Below, piece after piece: positions 36,869 through 49,668 of a stretch of DNA of 64,000 nucleotides. The stretch comes from Malacoraja senta (taxonomy: Eukaryota), in contig CM075990.1 of NCBI GenBank assembly GCA_038087875.1, forward strand, positions 18,044,001-18,108,000, given 5' to 3'. The position numbers and the translations under genes were made by a program. The notes beneath the pieces are model-generated. The model saw only the letters and a list, made by a program, of their open reading frames with translations. It had not been told where the DNA came from and made no database searches. The stretch's first letter is position 1. Each line of letters opens with the position of its first letter.

Positions 36869-38488
36869 ATAATAATAATGGATGGGATTTATATAGCGCC
36901 TTCTAATACTCAAGGCGCTTTACATCGCATTATTCATTAAAAATGGCCTTTATTTATTGAACAAGATGAATAAAGACTGTTTCACATTCACAGTGCGGTT
37001 TGTCTTATTTTCTGAGGTTAAATTATTTTACATTTAAAAGGCACAGCTAATGATTGTGAGATGTAAGATGTGAGTAGATCGCATCCTCTATTTGGTGTTT
37101 CATGATGAAGGAAATAGTACATTAAAGTCATGATACTATGGAATTATATTAAAATGAACAAACAGTGAGAATCAAATGGATTCTTAAGGTGTTTAACTAT
37201 CACCCACTACAAAATGTGGGAGTTTGCAAATAAAATGAAAACAATCTCAAACAGGGAAAAAACACCATTAACATACAGATAAGAGTCTACATCAAAAGAT
37301 AAACTTTATTACAGACCCATGTCTCTGAGCCTCACTCTCTCTCTACCTCCCTTCATCCACAGCTGTTTCTGTTCGACGGAGACAACCATCTCCGTATGTG
37401 AAAGTGAGTAGGGTTCTCTGGAAAAGAACGAGGAAGTCCATGTTAAAAGCTTTTTAGCAGACCATAAAAAAGTGCAGTTGGGTTATTCCAGATTTTACTG
37501 TGAACTTTATGACAATGTATTATCTTTTCGGGCAAATCATGGACTATTCTTGCATCACATCACTCAAGGAAGATAATTAGTTTAATGGCCTTATGCGGTT
37601 GTGAATGAAAATTATTTAAACTACAATCTAACACAAAATAATACGCTTTGAATTGTATAATGTGGATAAATGTGAGGTTATCCACATTGGTGGCCAAAAC
37701 AGGAAAGTAGACTAGTATCTGAATGGTGGCCGATTAGGAAAAGGGGAGATGCAACGACACCTGGGTGTCATGGTACACCAGTCATTGAAAGTAGGCATGC
37801 AGGTGCAGCAGGCAGTGAAGAAAGCGAATGGTATGTTAGCATTCACAGCAAAAGTATTTGAGTACAGGAGCAGGGAGGTTCTACTGCAGTTGTACAGGGT
37901 CTTGGTGAGGCCACACCTGGAGTATTGCGTACAGTTTTGGTCTCCTAATCTGAGGAAAGACATTCTTGCCATAGAGGGTGTACAGAGAAGGTTCACCAGA
38001 CTGATTTTTGGGATGTCAGGACTTTCATATGAAGAAAGACTGGATAGACTTGGCTTGTACTCGCTATAATTTAGAAGATTGAGGGGGGATCTTATAGAAA
38101 CTTACAAAATTCTTAAGGAGTTGGACAGGCTAGATGCAGGAAGATTGTTCCCGACATTCGGGAAGTCCAGAACAAGGAGTCACAGTTTAAGGATAAGGGG
38201 GAAATCTTTTAGGACCGAGATGAGAAAAACATTTTTCACACAGAGAGTGGTGAATCTCTGGAATTCTCTGCCACAGAAGGTATTTGAGGCCAGTTCATTG
38301 GCTATATTTAAGAGGGAGTTAGATGTGGCCCTTGTGGCTAAAGGTATCAGGGGGTATGGAGAGAAGGCAGGTACAGGATACTGAGTTGGATGATCAGCCA
38401 TGATCATATTGAATGGCGATGCAGGCTCGAAGGGCCGAATGGCCTACTCCTGCACCTATTGTCTATGTTTCTATGTTTCTATGTTTCT

Positions 38489-40502
38489 AACATCTCCAGA
38501 GGGCTCAACGGTGATACCTGGCGTCCCAGTTACACCCCCTCAATTCCGTACCCTCCTGTCTTCATCTTGCAGCCCAATTGTTGTCTCTCCTTTTGATCCA
38601 AATCCAATTGCTGATTTTTTCTGCAGAATTTGATAATGATTTGATTGCTTGTTGGAGGGAGCGACCCCTCACCCCCATTTTCTTTAATAGCCTGGTCATA
38701 GATGTAGCAACAAATCCCCTGCATCCCACTTCGACAGGGAAAATCTTGGTCTTCCAGCCATTATGGGAAGCTTCAGTTGCCAGTTCAGAGTACTAGGTCT
38801 TTTTCCTCTCATAAGCTTCTTCAACACCATCTTCCCATGGAACTGTCAATTCCACAACGTATGCCAACTTGGCTGTTGTAGACCACAGGACCATGTCTGG
38901 CTGAAGTGTTGTAGCCACAATGTCTGGGGAAACACAAGCCTTTTTTCTAAGTCCACTTCCATTTTCCAATCCCAAGCAGGCTGCAGAATGCTTGCATCCA
39001 TTGATGTTATCTGGTGCTCTGGAGGTTGGCCTGCTGATACAAATGTTGTGAAGTGGACATTCCTGCCGATGTTGGTGGGGAAGCATTTGTGATCGTTCGC
39101 CTCTGTTCAAGGATTGATGACAGCTGTTTGAGGACTTGGTTATGCCGCCAAGTGTAACGCCCTTGGCCGAGGCTCATAGTGCATCCTGTTAAAATGTGCC
39201 TTAGTGATGCAGGTGATTGTCAAAGGGGAGCAAGTGGGGTCTTCTCTGAACCACTGCTTCAGTTCTGGGATGAGGGTAGAACATAAGTGTCTCTGATGAC
39301 AAAACTGAGCCGAGATCCTTCCATTTGCCAGATGTCACGCCAGCTGAGTTTCCTCTTTTCCAGGCTCTTCCAGTTAGTCCATTGGCCCTGCTTGGCCATT
39401 GAGACGGCCTTGGCGTGTCGCTCTGCCTCCTGCCGTCTTCTCACCTCCTCCACCACAAGCCGTCTCTTCTGCACTGATGTTGCCTTGTGCCATTGAGGAG
39501 CTTTTGGGACGAGCCCGAGCCCGAGCCCGGCTCTCCCGTGTTGGTCTTGACCAACCACATCCCGGAAATGAAGAGCAGACTTAGCACTCTGAACGGCTTC
39601 AGATGGGGCCCACTTCCTCCCCGTTGCCACACTGGGGGCCGCTGTTCGAATAACAGTATCTTCAGATTCAGTGAGGGTCATAAAGGACAAAAGGACAAAG
39701 GACATTTATTGTCACATACACCAAATGGTGTAGTGAAATTTGTTCTTGCCATGCAGCACAAATAGACACAACATTAAAGAAATGTAACATACAACATAAA
39801 AACATCCCCCCACAATGGATCCCACTGTGGGGGAAGGCACAAAGTCCAGTCCATATCCCCTTGTCCACCTATATAGGCCTCCACAGTCGCCGCTACGGGG
39901 GCCGTGCTTTAGTGCATTTGAACTCTTCCACAAGTCCTGCAATGGGTAATTCCAATTTGCCACTCCCGTACAGTCCGACAACACTTAAGCATCGTGGAAG
40001 TCCAAGCCACTGTTTCACATGTGTGCTGATCATTCTTTGCAGCTTTTCCACTTTGTTGATGGGGATTTCATACATAGTTAAAGGCCACATGATTCTTGGT
40101 AGAATGCCAAATTGGAAGCACCACAGCTTGAGTTTTCCTGGTAGCAAGGTCTTGTTGATGGGAGCTATGTGCATGATGGTATCCTTTTTCAGTTGTTCAA
40201 ACTGCTCGGTGTCCTTCAGCTTTGTATCATACCATCGGCCCAAACTCTTCACTGGCATTTCTGAAACAGTTGGAACAGGTATTCCGTCAATATGATATCT
40301 TTGATCCTTGACTTAACCTTTGACAATGGAGATGCTTCTGCACTTGCTGGGTTTAATCTTCATCCTTGCCCATGTGATGTTTTGATGAAGTTTTTCCAGA
40401 AGTATCTTGGTGCAGGGGATTGTTGTTGTTAGTGTTGTTATATCGTCCATAAAGGCTCGTACCGGTGGCAATCGCTGACCACACTGTAGCCGTTTTCCAC
40501 CC
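38489..40502 (-). mobile_element. HERO-like element, copy 3, with a ~220-bp retroposon tail inserted at ~39682-39904
   Basis: Same motifs; insert has minus-strand gtgacaataaa plus microsatellite tail and is absent in copies 1 and 2. Confidence 0.85.
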
Positions 40503-40522
40503 AATTTATTTAAACTACAATC

Positions 40523-42025
40523 TTTTTTAAAAATAATTTATTAGAAGTAATGTACATTACAGTGATATAAGCCAAAAATAACATAATACATTTCCTGTAC
40601 CACTTCTTGTTTTAAACTTTAAGAAGGAGAAGAATAGAGAGAGTTAGATAAGATAGTAAGTTCGTGAAAGAGTGATCAGGAGAAACCTGTAGAAACGTCA
40701 AACACGAGAAAGAGTTAAAACGAAAACCAAAGGAAAAGAAAGAGAAAAATAGAAAATAGAAGATATAAGAAAGTAAAATAAGATAAAAGGGATGTACCTA
40801 CTTCGTATCTTCACACACCCCTCACCAGGTCCTGAAACCATTTATTTTCAAAGTTATGTTGCACCCTATGCTTGTAATAAGTCGATAAATGGAGACCAAA
40901 TCTTTTGGAATGGTCTGATTTACCTGCTAGGAGAAATCTCATCTTCCAGGTGTAACATTTCGGACATATTTGAAATCCACATTTTTATCGTTGGTGTGGG
41001 AACGTTTTTCCAGAATTTAAGTATGTTTTTTTGCCATTAATAAGCCGTAATTAAGGAAACTCTTTTGGAACGAAGTCAGCTCAAAGCTGGCTTCCATTGT
41101 TCCAAAAATAATCAATTCTGCGTTCGGTTTCAGTTTTATTTTAAATAATTTTGTAAAAATTTCAAAGATTTCATTCCAAAATGTTTGGACTTTTATACAA
41201 AAAACAAAGGAATGTGCTATAGTTGCTTCTTGGGATAGACATTTATCACAGATGGGGGAGACATTTGGAAAACATTTACTTATTTTAGTTTTTGAGTAAT
41301 ATAGTCTATGTAAGGTTTTGAATTGGATTAGAATATGTCTTACATTGATCGAGCATTTGTGCACATATAGCAAGTGTTTATCCCAACTCTCTTTCGAGAT
41401 TTTTATAGCTAGTTCTTGTTCCCAAGCTCTTCTAATTCTATCGGATGATGGTATTTCTATATTTAGGATGATATTATACAAGTATGATATTAAATTAGTT
41501 GATTCCGCCTTTATATTCATTGCTTCGTCTAATAGGTCTGGAGACAAATTTTGATATTCTTGTGTATATTTTTTCAAATAATCACGGATTTGAAAATATT
41601 TAAAATATTGATTACTTCTCAGATTGTATTTAAGTTGTAGTTGTTGGAATGATAAAAAATTCCATTTTCATACATGTCTCCAAACGTTTTAATTCCTATT
41701 CTTTCCCAATGTGTAAATGATTTATCTATAATGGATGGTTTAAACGATGGATTATTAACTATGGGAGAGAGAAGCGATAGGTTTCTTAATTTTAGGGTTC
41801 ATTTTATTTGTTTCCAAATTCTAATTGTACTATGAATAATTGGATTTTTACTGTATATTGTATTATTCAGTTTTATTGGTGAGAGAAAGATCGCTCCTAT
41901 ATTAAAAGAGGAGCAATCCTCTCTCTCCATTACTATCCAATCCACCCGTTGGGCAGAGTTGTCCAACAGGTGAATCACATTTTTGACATTTGCAGCCCAA
42001 TAATAATACAAAAAATTAGGGAGTG
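40523..42025 (-). mobile_element. 5'-truncated fish-type L1 with 13-bp TSD ttaaactacaatc
   Basis: LPNFLYYYWAA, QFKTLHRLYYSK, CDKC...H....C; TSD 40510-40522 and 42026-42038. Confidence 0.92.
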
Positions 42026-43765
42026 TTAAACTACAATCTAACACAAAATAATACGCTTTGAATTGTATACCAACACACATTAAATCATTGTGACAATCTC
42101 ATATGAGAAGTAAAGATATTGAAGCCAAGCGATAACAGAAGTAGTTATAATTGAAATGGCATATTTACATTCTCGTGGTAGACGATTGCATTAGTCAAGA
42201 GAAGTTTTGTGAACGCCCACACGTTCCCTGTGGGATTGTTGGTTATCACTGAGGCCACACACTCACAGACTTTAAATACATGGTCGTATTGCGGTGTCGT
42301 TTCCCTGCGTGCATCACTCATCACTTTTATACCTTTTACAAGGTCAGTGAGCTGAAACATAAGAACCCATGTTAAGAGCGCAATGGTGGATGGATGGATG
42401 CATTGGGGAATGAGAATTGAAATGTGCTGCCTTCTAACTCTATGTACTTACAACAGTCAAGTGGTCTTTAAAACCTCTCCCTTCGTCATCCCCTCCAGGT
42501 GTGGTGCCGCCACTGTTGCTCTCCTGCAACATCTGCCTCCTGGAATGCTGGTGGATGGGCCCGGCGAAGAGGTCCCCTCCAGAGGATCATCCACCTCCTG
42601 CTCACTGCTCTGTTGTTGATGCTGGAATCATTTTTACAATGTGTCCAGAGCCTCATGACTGTAACTATGACGTGAGGCAACAGACGGGATGCGAGGATGG
42701 TTTGCTGCCTACCAGGTGCCAGGATCCAGGATGTCATGGACAGAGTGGAGAAAATCCTCAAGAGCGAAGGTGAACAGCCGGAAGTTGTAGTGCATGTTGG
42801 CACAAACGATGTCGGAAAGAACGGGATGAATATTCTGAAGCGCGACTTTAGAGAGCTCAGAAAAGTGCTGAAAAGCAGGACTTCCAGGGTGGTTATCTCT
42901 TGTTTGCTTCCAGTTCCTCGTGCTGGCGAGAGCAGGAACTGGGAGATACGGGACCTGAATGCATGGCTGGGGAACTTGTACAGGGGGCAGGGATTTAGAT
43001 TTTAGACCACTGGGATCTGTTTTGGAGAAGGGGGAACTGTACAAAAGGAACGGATTGCACCTTAACAGGTGGGGGACCGGCATTCTGGCAGGCAGGTTTG
43101 CCACTGCTACACAGGTGGTTTAAAACTAAATAAGGGGGGGGGGGGGTGTCAAATGGGATAGTCGATGATGGAGTTAAAGGGAAAGGGAGTAAGGAAATAG
43201 TTAATGACCCCAGAATTAATGGGAAAGGAAGCTCACAAAGGGATAGGAGAGTATGGCCAAGTGTAATAAGGATCGATGTGAAAGGTGAGATGCGTAAGGA
43301 ATTAAAAGTATTGTATTTGAATGTGCGAAGTATAAGAAGTAAAGTAGATGAGCTTGAGGCTCAGTTAGAGGTTGGTAGATATGACATTGTAGGGATTACC
43401 GAGACGTGGCTGCAGGAGGATCGGGCCTGGGAACTTAATATTCAGGGTTATACATCCTATAGAAAGGACAGGCAGGTGGGCAGAGGAGGGGAGGGGGGGG
43501 GGGGTAGCTCTGCTGGTGAGGGATGGAAGTCAGTCCCTTGTGAGGGAAGACATAGGGACTGATGAGGTAGAGTCCCTGTGGATTGAGTTGAGGAATTGTA
43601 AAGGCAAGAAGACACTAATTGGTGTTATCTACAGACCCCCAAATAGTAGCCCGGATGTAGGGTGTAAGTTGCAGCAGGAGTTAAAACTGGCATGGAACAA
43701 AGGTAATGCCACTGTGGTGATGGGGGATTTCAATATGCAGGTAGACTGGGAAAATGAGGTTGGTC

Positions 43766-44442
43766 CAGGTGTATTTGAGTGCCAGATGGAAGTTAGTGGT
43801 GAAATGGATGAAGTCAGTGTGGGTGCAGGAGGTGGCACCAATGTAGTCGTCGATGTAGCGGAGGTAGAGGTCGGGGATGGGGCCCTGGTACGTCTCGAAC
43901 AAGGATTGTTCGACGTACCCTACAAAGAGGCAGGCGTAGCTGGGGCCCATACGTGTGCCCATAGCTACGCCTTGTATTTGGAGTTGATGAAGTCGGTGAT
44001 GGTGCTAGAGATAGTGGCCTGGTGCTTGTCAGTGGGGTCATGGTCCAGGGGTAAGTAGGAGGAGGTGTCCGAGAGTTGGCGCGTGGCCTCAGCCTTGTAG
44101 AGATCGACGCGCCAGACTACCATGGCACCTCCCTTGTCGGTGGGTTTGATCAGCCTGTCTGGGTTGTTGCGGAGTGAGTCGATGGCTGTACGTTCAGGGG
44201 GGGAGAGGTTGGAGTGAGACAGGGGAGTGGAGAAGTTGAGGGGGTTGATGTCCCGCTGGCAGTTTTGAATAAAAAGGTCTAAAGCCGGAAGGCCATGAGG
44301 GAGGGTCCAAGAGGAGGGGGTCCGTTGGAGATGGGAAAAGGGGTCAACAATAGGGGGCGAGGACTCCTTCCCATGGAAGAACGCAGTGAGGCGGAGGCGA
44401 CGGTAGAAGAGCTCCAAGTCTGGTGGGCGTGGAACTCATTGA
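43766..44442 (-). mobile_element. Penelope fragment (duplicate of ~50690-51811 with internal deletion)
   Basis: GVAMGTRMGPSYA, LRYIDD, IKPTDKGG. Confidence 0.9.
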
Positions 44443-44840
44443 GCTAATGGAATGTTGGCCTTCATAACAAGAGGACTTCAGTATAGGAGTAGAGAGGTTC
44501 TTCTGCAGTTGTATAGGGCTCTGGTGAGAACACATCAGGAGTATTGTGTACAGTTTTGGTCTCCTAATTTGAGGAAGGACATCCTTGTGATTGAGGCAGT
44601 GCAGCGTAGGTTCACAATATTGATCCCTGGGATGGCGGGACGGTCATATGAGGAAAGATTGAAAAAACTAGGCTTGTATTCACTGGAGTTTAGAAGGATG
44701 AGGGATTATCTTATAGAAACTTATAAAATTATAAAAGGACTGGACAAGCTAGACGCAGGAAAAATGTTCCCAATGTTGGGCGAGTCCAGAACCAGGGGCC
44801 ACAGTCTTAGAATAAAGGGGAGGCCATTTAAGACTGAGGT

Positions 44841-46630
44841 ACCTGCTTGTAGGGTAGCTGGCTAGATAAATTGGTACAGTACAAATACTTATAGAAATTA
44901 GAATAGGTTGTGGTTTATATTTGGATTTGGGGTTTAATTACATTAATGTTTTCTTTTTTTTTAACTCTTTAATATTTTATCTTTGCATATTTTTGTTATT
45001 ATTATTATTATTATTACTAATTTTTTTTTTTTTAATTAATTTTTTGGGGGGCATTTTACTAACGCTAGTTTGATAAAGTTATACAAGAATAAACGAGACG
45101 GTTTGTAGGTTTTTTTTTTTAAATTATTTTTTACGAGGTGTTAATAAGGGATTGGGGCTCACTGTAAAATAACATCAAAGGAAGTCTATAATTCTTTCGC
45201 TATTTGTCTTTAAGGTACCTGCTTTTAGATACATTAATTTCACTTTTTTTTAAAAATCACTTAATTAATTGTAAATCACAACTTTTCTTGCTTTATCTAA
45301 GGCACTTTTGGAGATGGAGATGTAATGTAAACTTAAAAATTTGGAATGACCACCCAACGTCGAGAACACGGAGGTATTTGTTTGCACCATATGTTTCAAG
45401 AACATCACTTTGATATACAATGCAGGACGATAGGCAAATAAAGAATGGAGGAATCACATTCTGTAGTTGGAATATAAGGGGTGCCAATGAACCAATAAAG
45501 AGGGGTAAAATTTTTGCTCACCTAAAATCTTTGAAAAGCGACATAATCTACTTGCAAGAAACTCACATGAAACAGGAAACACAAATGAGATTAAAGGCGA
45601 AGTGGATAGGCCAAACATATTATTTGTCATTTACTTCTAAATCTAGAGGTACGGCTATTCTTATTCGAAAAGGTATACCGTTCAAATTAAAGAATACTAT
45701 ATCAGATAAAGAGGGAAGGTATATTATAGTTTCGGGAGAAATTTATGCTACCCCAATAACTATGGTAAATATTTACGCTCCGAATTTTGATAACCCTCAA
45801 TTTTTTGAGAAAATTATAGATATAATACTGGAGTTTAATTATCAAAATGTCATAATAGGAGGGGATTTCAATTGTGTTTTAGATCCTTACTTAGACAAAT
45901 CAGCAAAACAAAGAAGGAGTAATACAAAATCTAAGACTAGTGAATTTCTAAATACATATATAAAAAATACTAACATAACAGATGTATGGAGATCTGCTAA
46001 CCCAGCAGGAAGGGAATACTCGTTTTACTCTTCGGTACATAAAACATACTCAAGAATTGATTATTTTTTAGTGGATAGGAAATTAATGCCATATATAATT
46101 AACCCAACTTACCATATTAGTAGTATTTCTGATCACTCTCCATTGACTTTTTTAGTAAAATTTGAAGGAATGCCGGGAAAATTTTTTTTGGAGGTTTAAC
46201 ACATATATATTAAATGACCTACAGGGTTATCAATATTTGAAACAACAAATGATATCATTTCTTGAGATAAATGATACACCAGGTACCTCACCTTCTTTAA
46301 TATGGGAAACTTTTAAAGCATTTATTAGAGGAATTATAATTTCATATGAAATTTTTCAAAATAAGAAGAATAAAACTGAACAGATGCTGTTAGAACAAGA
46401 AATAAGACAGTTAGAGTTAGATAATGCTAAAGATCCCACTATAGATAAACATAATAAGATAATACTACTGAAATTTAAACTTAACCGAATTCTCTCGGCA
46501 AGAGTAATAAGATTATTCCAAATTACAAAACAGGAACATTTTGAGTTTGGTGACAAACCACATAAGCTGTTGGCGCGTCAATTGAAAAAACAGGAAAAGG
46601 AAAATACTATAAATAAAATTAAATCTGAGA
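44841..46630 (+). mobile_element. Internal L1 fragment (inter-ORF region + ORF2 endonuclease) flanked by 11-bp duplication aagactgaggt
   Basis: SWNIRG, LQETH, NIYAPN, GGDFN, SRIDY, SDHSP; repeats 44830-44840 and 46631-46641; empty site near 52200. Confidence 0.9.
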
Positions 46631-47516
46631 AAGACTGAGGTGAGAAGAAACTTTTTCACCCAGAGAGTTGTGAATTTGTGGAATTCCCTGCCACAGAGGG
46701 CAGTGGAGGCCAAAACACTGGATGGATTTAAGAGAGAGTTAGATAGAGGTCTAGGGGCTAGTGAAGTCAAGGGATATGGGGAGAAGGCAGGCACGGGTTA
46801 TTGATTGTGGACGATCAGCCATGATCACAATGAATGGTGGTGCTGGCTCAAAGGTATGAATGGCCTCCTCCTGCACCTATTTTCTATGTTTCTGCATTTC
46901 TTAATAAACAGACATGCACTTGCAAGCCATTGAGGCCTTTGCAATTGAAGCCCTGTTTTAATTGCCTGCATTCTGCATATTTAATGTGGTCCTTCTTGAA
47001 GATAGGATTCACAGTTCAAAACAAACAGCGGACAAACAATACATGAGTTAATTGCCTGTCCTCATGCATATTTACTCTTTGGGCTTTTGGAGAAAGGATT
47101 CAACCGTCAAACACATAACGTGTGAAAGTTGTCTGCAACCTTACGTTTCCAGCTGCAAACCAAGTACAAACGTTTTATTTAATGCAAAATAAAGACCTTT
47201 CACATCAGTGAGACTGTCAATTTTATTTTTGAAAAGGGAGGGAGAGGGAAAACGGGGAATTACAGACCAGTTAGTCTAACATCGGTAGTGGGAAAACTGC
47301 AAGAGTCAGTTATTAAAGATGGGATAGCAGCACATTTGGAAAGTGGTGAAATCATTGGACAAAGTCAGCATGGATTTATGAAAGGTAAATCATGTCTGAC
47401 GAATCTTATATAATTTTTCGAGGATGTAACTAGTAGCGTGGATAAGGGAGAACCAGTCCAGGAGGATCGGGCCTGGGAACTTGATATTCAGGGTTATACA
47501 TCCTATAGAAAGGACA

Positions 47517-47593
47517 AGGTACACAAAAATGCTGGAGAAACTCAGCGGGTGCAGCAGCATCTATGGAGCGAAGGAAATAGGTAACGTTTCGGG
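47517..47593 (-). mobile_element. pLTR mini-insertion, 15-bp TSD cctatagaaaggaca
   Basis: TSD 47502-47516 and 47594-47608; empty paralogue near 43456. Confidence 0.88.
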
Positions 47594-49668
47594 CCTATAG
47601 AAAGGACAGGCAGGTGGGCAGAGGAGGGGGGGTAGCTCTGCTGGTGAGGGAGGGAATTCAGTCCCTTGCGAGGGAAGACATAGGGACTGACGAGGTAGAG
47701 TCACTGTGGATTGAGTTGAGGAATTGTAACGGCAAGAAGACACTAATTGGTGTTATTTACAGACCCCCAAATATTAGCCGGATGTAGGGTGTAAGTTGCA
47801 GCAGGAGTTAAAACTGGCATGTAACAAAGGTAATGCCACTGTGGTGATGGGGGATTTCAATATGCAGGTAGACTGGGAAAATGAGGTTGGTTCAGGACCC
47901 TAAGAAAGAGAGTTTGTAGAATGCCTCCGAGATGGATTCTTAGAGCAGCTTGTAATGGAGCCGACCAGAGAAAAGGCAATTCTGGATTTAGTGTTGTCCA
48001 ATGAACCAGATATGATAAGAGAACTCGAGGTAAAGGAACCGCTTGGAGGTAGTGATCATAATATGATTCGTTTTAATCTGCAAATTGAGAAGGAGAACGT
48101 TAAATCGGAAGTGTCAGTGATGCAGTTGAACAAAGGGGACTATGAAGGCATGAGAGGGGAGCTGGCCAAAGTAGACTGGAAAGGGATCCTAGCAGGAATG
48201 ATGGTGGAACAGCAATGGCAGGAATTTCTGGGCATAATCCGGAAGACACAGGATCATTTCATTCCAAAAAGGAAGAAAGATTCTAAGGGGAGTAGGAGGC
48301 AACCGTGGCTGACAAGAGAAGTTAGGGATAGAATAAAACTAAAAGAAAAGATGTATAACACAGCAAAGAGTAGCCGGAAGCCAGAGGATTGGGAAACTTT
48401 CATAGGACAACAGAAGGAAACAAAACGGGCAATACGGGCTGAAAAGATGAGGTACGAAGGGAAGATGGCCAGGAATATAAAGAAGGACAGTAAAAGCTTC
48501 TTTAGATATGTTAAGGGAAAAAGAGTAGCAAAGTCAAATGTGGGTCCCTTGAAGGCAGACACGGGTGAAATTATTATGGGCAACAAGGAAATGGCAGAAG
48601 AGTTGAATAGGTACTTCGGATCTGTGTTCACTAAGGAAGACACAAACAATCTCCCAGATGTACTGGAGGACAGAGGATCTAAGGGGGTAGAGGAACTGAA
48701 AGAAATTGTCATTAGGCGAGAAATAGTATTGGGTAGGCTAATGGGACTGAAGGATGATACATCCCCTGGGCCTGATGGCCTGCATCCCAGGGTCCTCAGG
48801 GAGGTGGCTCTAGAAATATTGGACGCATTGGTGATCATTTTCCAATGTTCAATAGATTCAGGAACAGTTCCTGTGGATTGGAGGATAGCTAATGTTATCC
48901 CACTTTTCAAGAAAGGAGCGAGAGAGAAAACGGGGAATTACAGACCAGTTAGCCTGACTTCGGTGGTGGGAAAGATGCTGGAGTCAATTATTAAAGTGGT
49001 AATAATGGGGCATTTGGATAGCAGTAAAAGGATTAGTCCAAGTCAACATGGATTTATGAAAGAAAATCATGCTTGACCAATCTTCTGGAATTGTTTGAGG
49101 ATGTGACAAGTAAAATGGATGAAGGGGAGCCAGTGGATGTAGTGTATCTAGAGTTTCAGAAAGCTTTTGATAAGGTCCCGCATGGGAGACTGGTGACTAA
49201 AATTAGAGCACATGGTATTCGGGTAGGGTGTTGACATGGATAGAAAATTGGTTGGCAGACCGGAAGCAAAGAGTAGGGGTGAACGGGGCCTTTTCAGAAT
49301 GGCAGGCAGTGGCGAGTGGAGTGCCACAAGGCTTGGTGTTGGGGCCGCAACTGTTTACCATATATATTAATGATTTGGAAGAGGGAATTAGGAGCAACAC
49401 TAGCAAGTTGGGTGGCAGTGTGAACTGTGATGAGGATGTTAGGAGGTTGCAGGATGACCTGGACAGGTTGAGTGAGTGGGCAGATGCGTGGCAGATGCAG
49501 TATAATATAGATAAATGTGAGGTTATCCACTTTGGCGGCAAAAACAAGGGGGCAGATTATTATCTCAATGAGGTTAGGTTAGGAAAGGCGGAGGTACAGC
49601 GAGACCTGGGTGTCCTTGTACACCGGTCACTGAAAGTTGGCGTGCAGGTACAGCAGGCAGTGAAGAAA

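Larger units (their letters stand above)
29152..40502. repeat. Tandem triplication of a ~3.89-kb unit (unique DNA + CR1 3' piece + inverted HERO + L2-like tail); third unit truncated
   Basis: Unit starts taaaaatggcctttatttattgaac at 29152, 33043, 36938. Confidence 0.95.

Noticed and set aside
42267..42321. MSDARRETTPQYDHVFKV resembling a Rab GTPase N-terminus
   Set aside because: No GxxxxGK exon found downstream in the window; similarity too short
47140..47160. Minus-strand 8-nt microexon (tttgcag|ctggaaac|gtaagg), duplicated near 52715
   Set aside because: Not frame-preserving, no partner exons; could be chance
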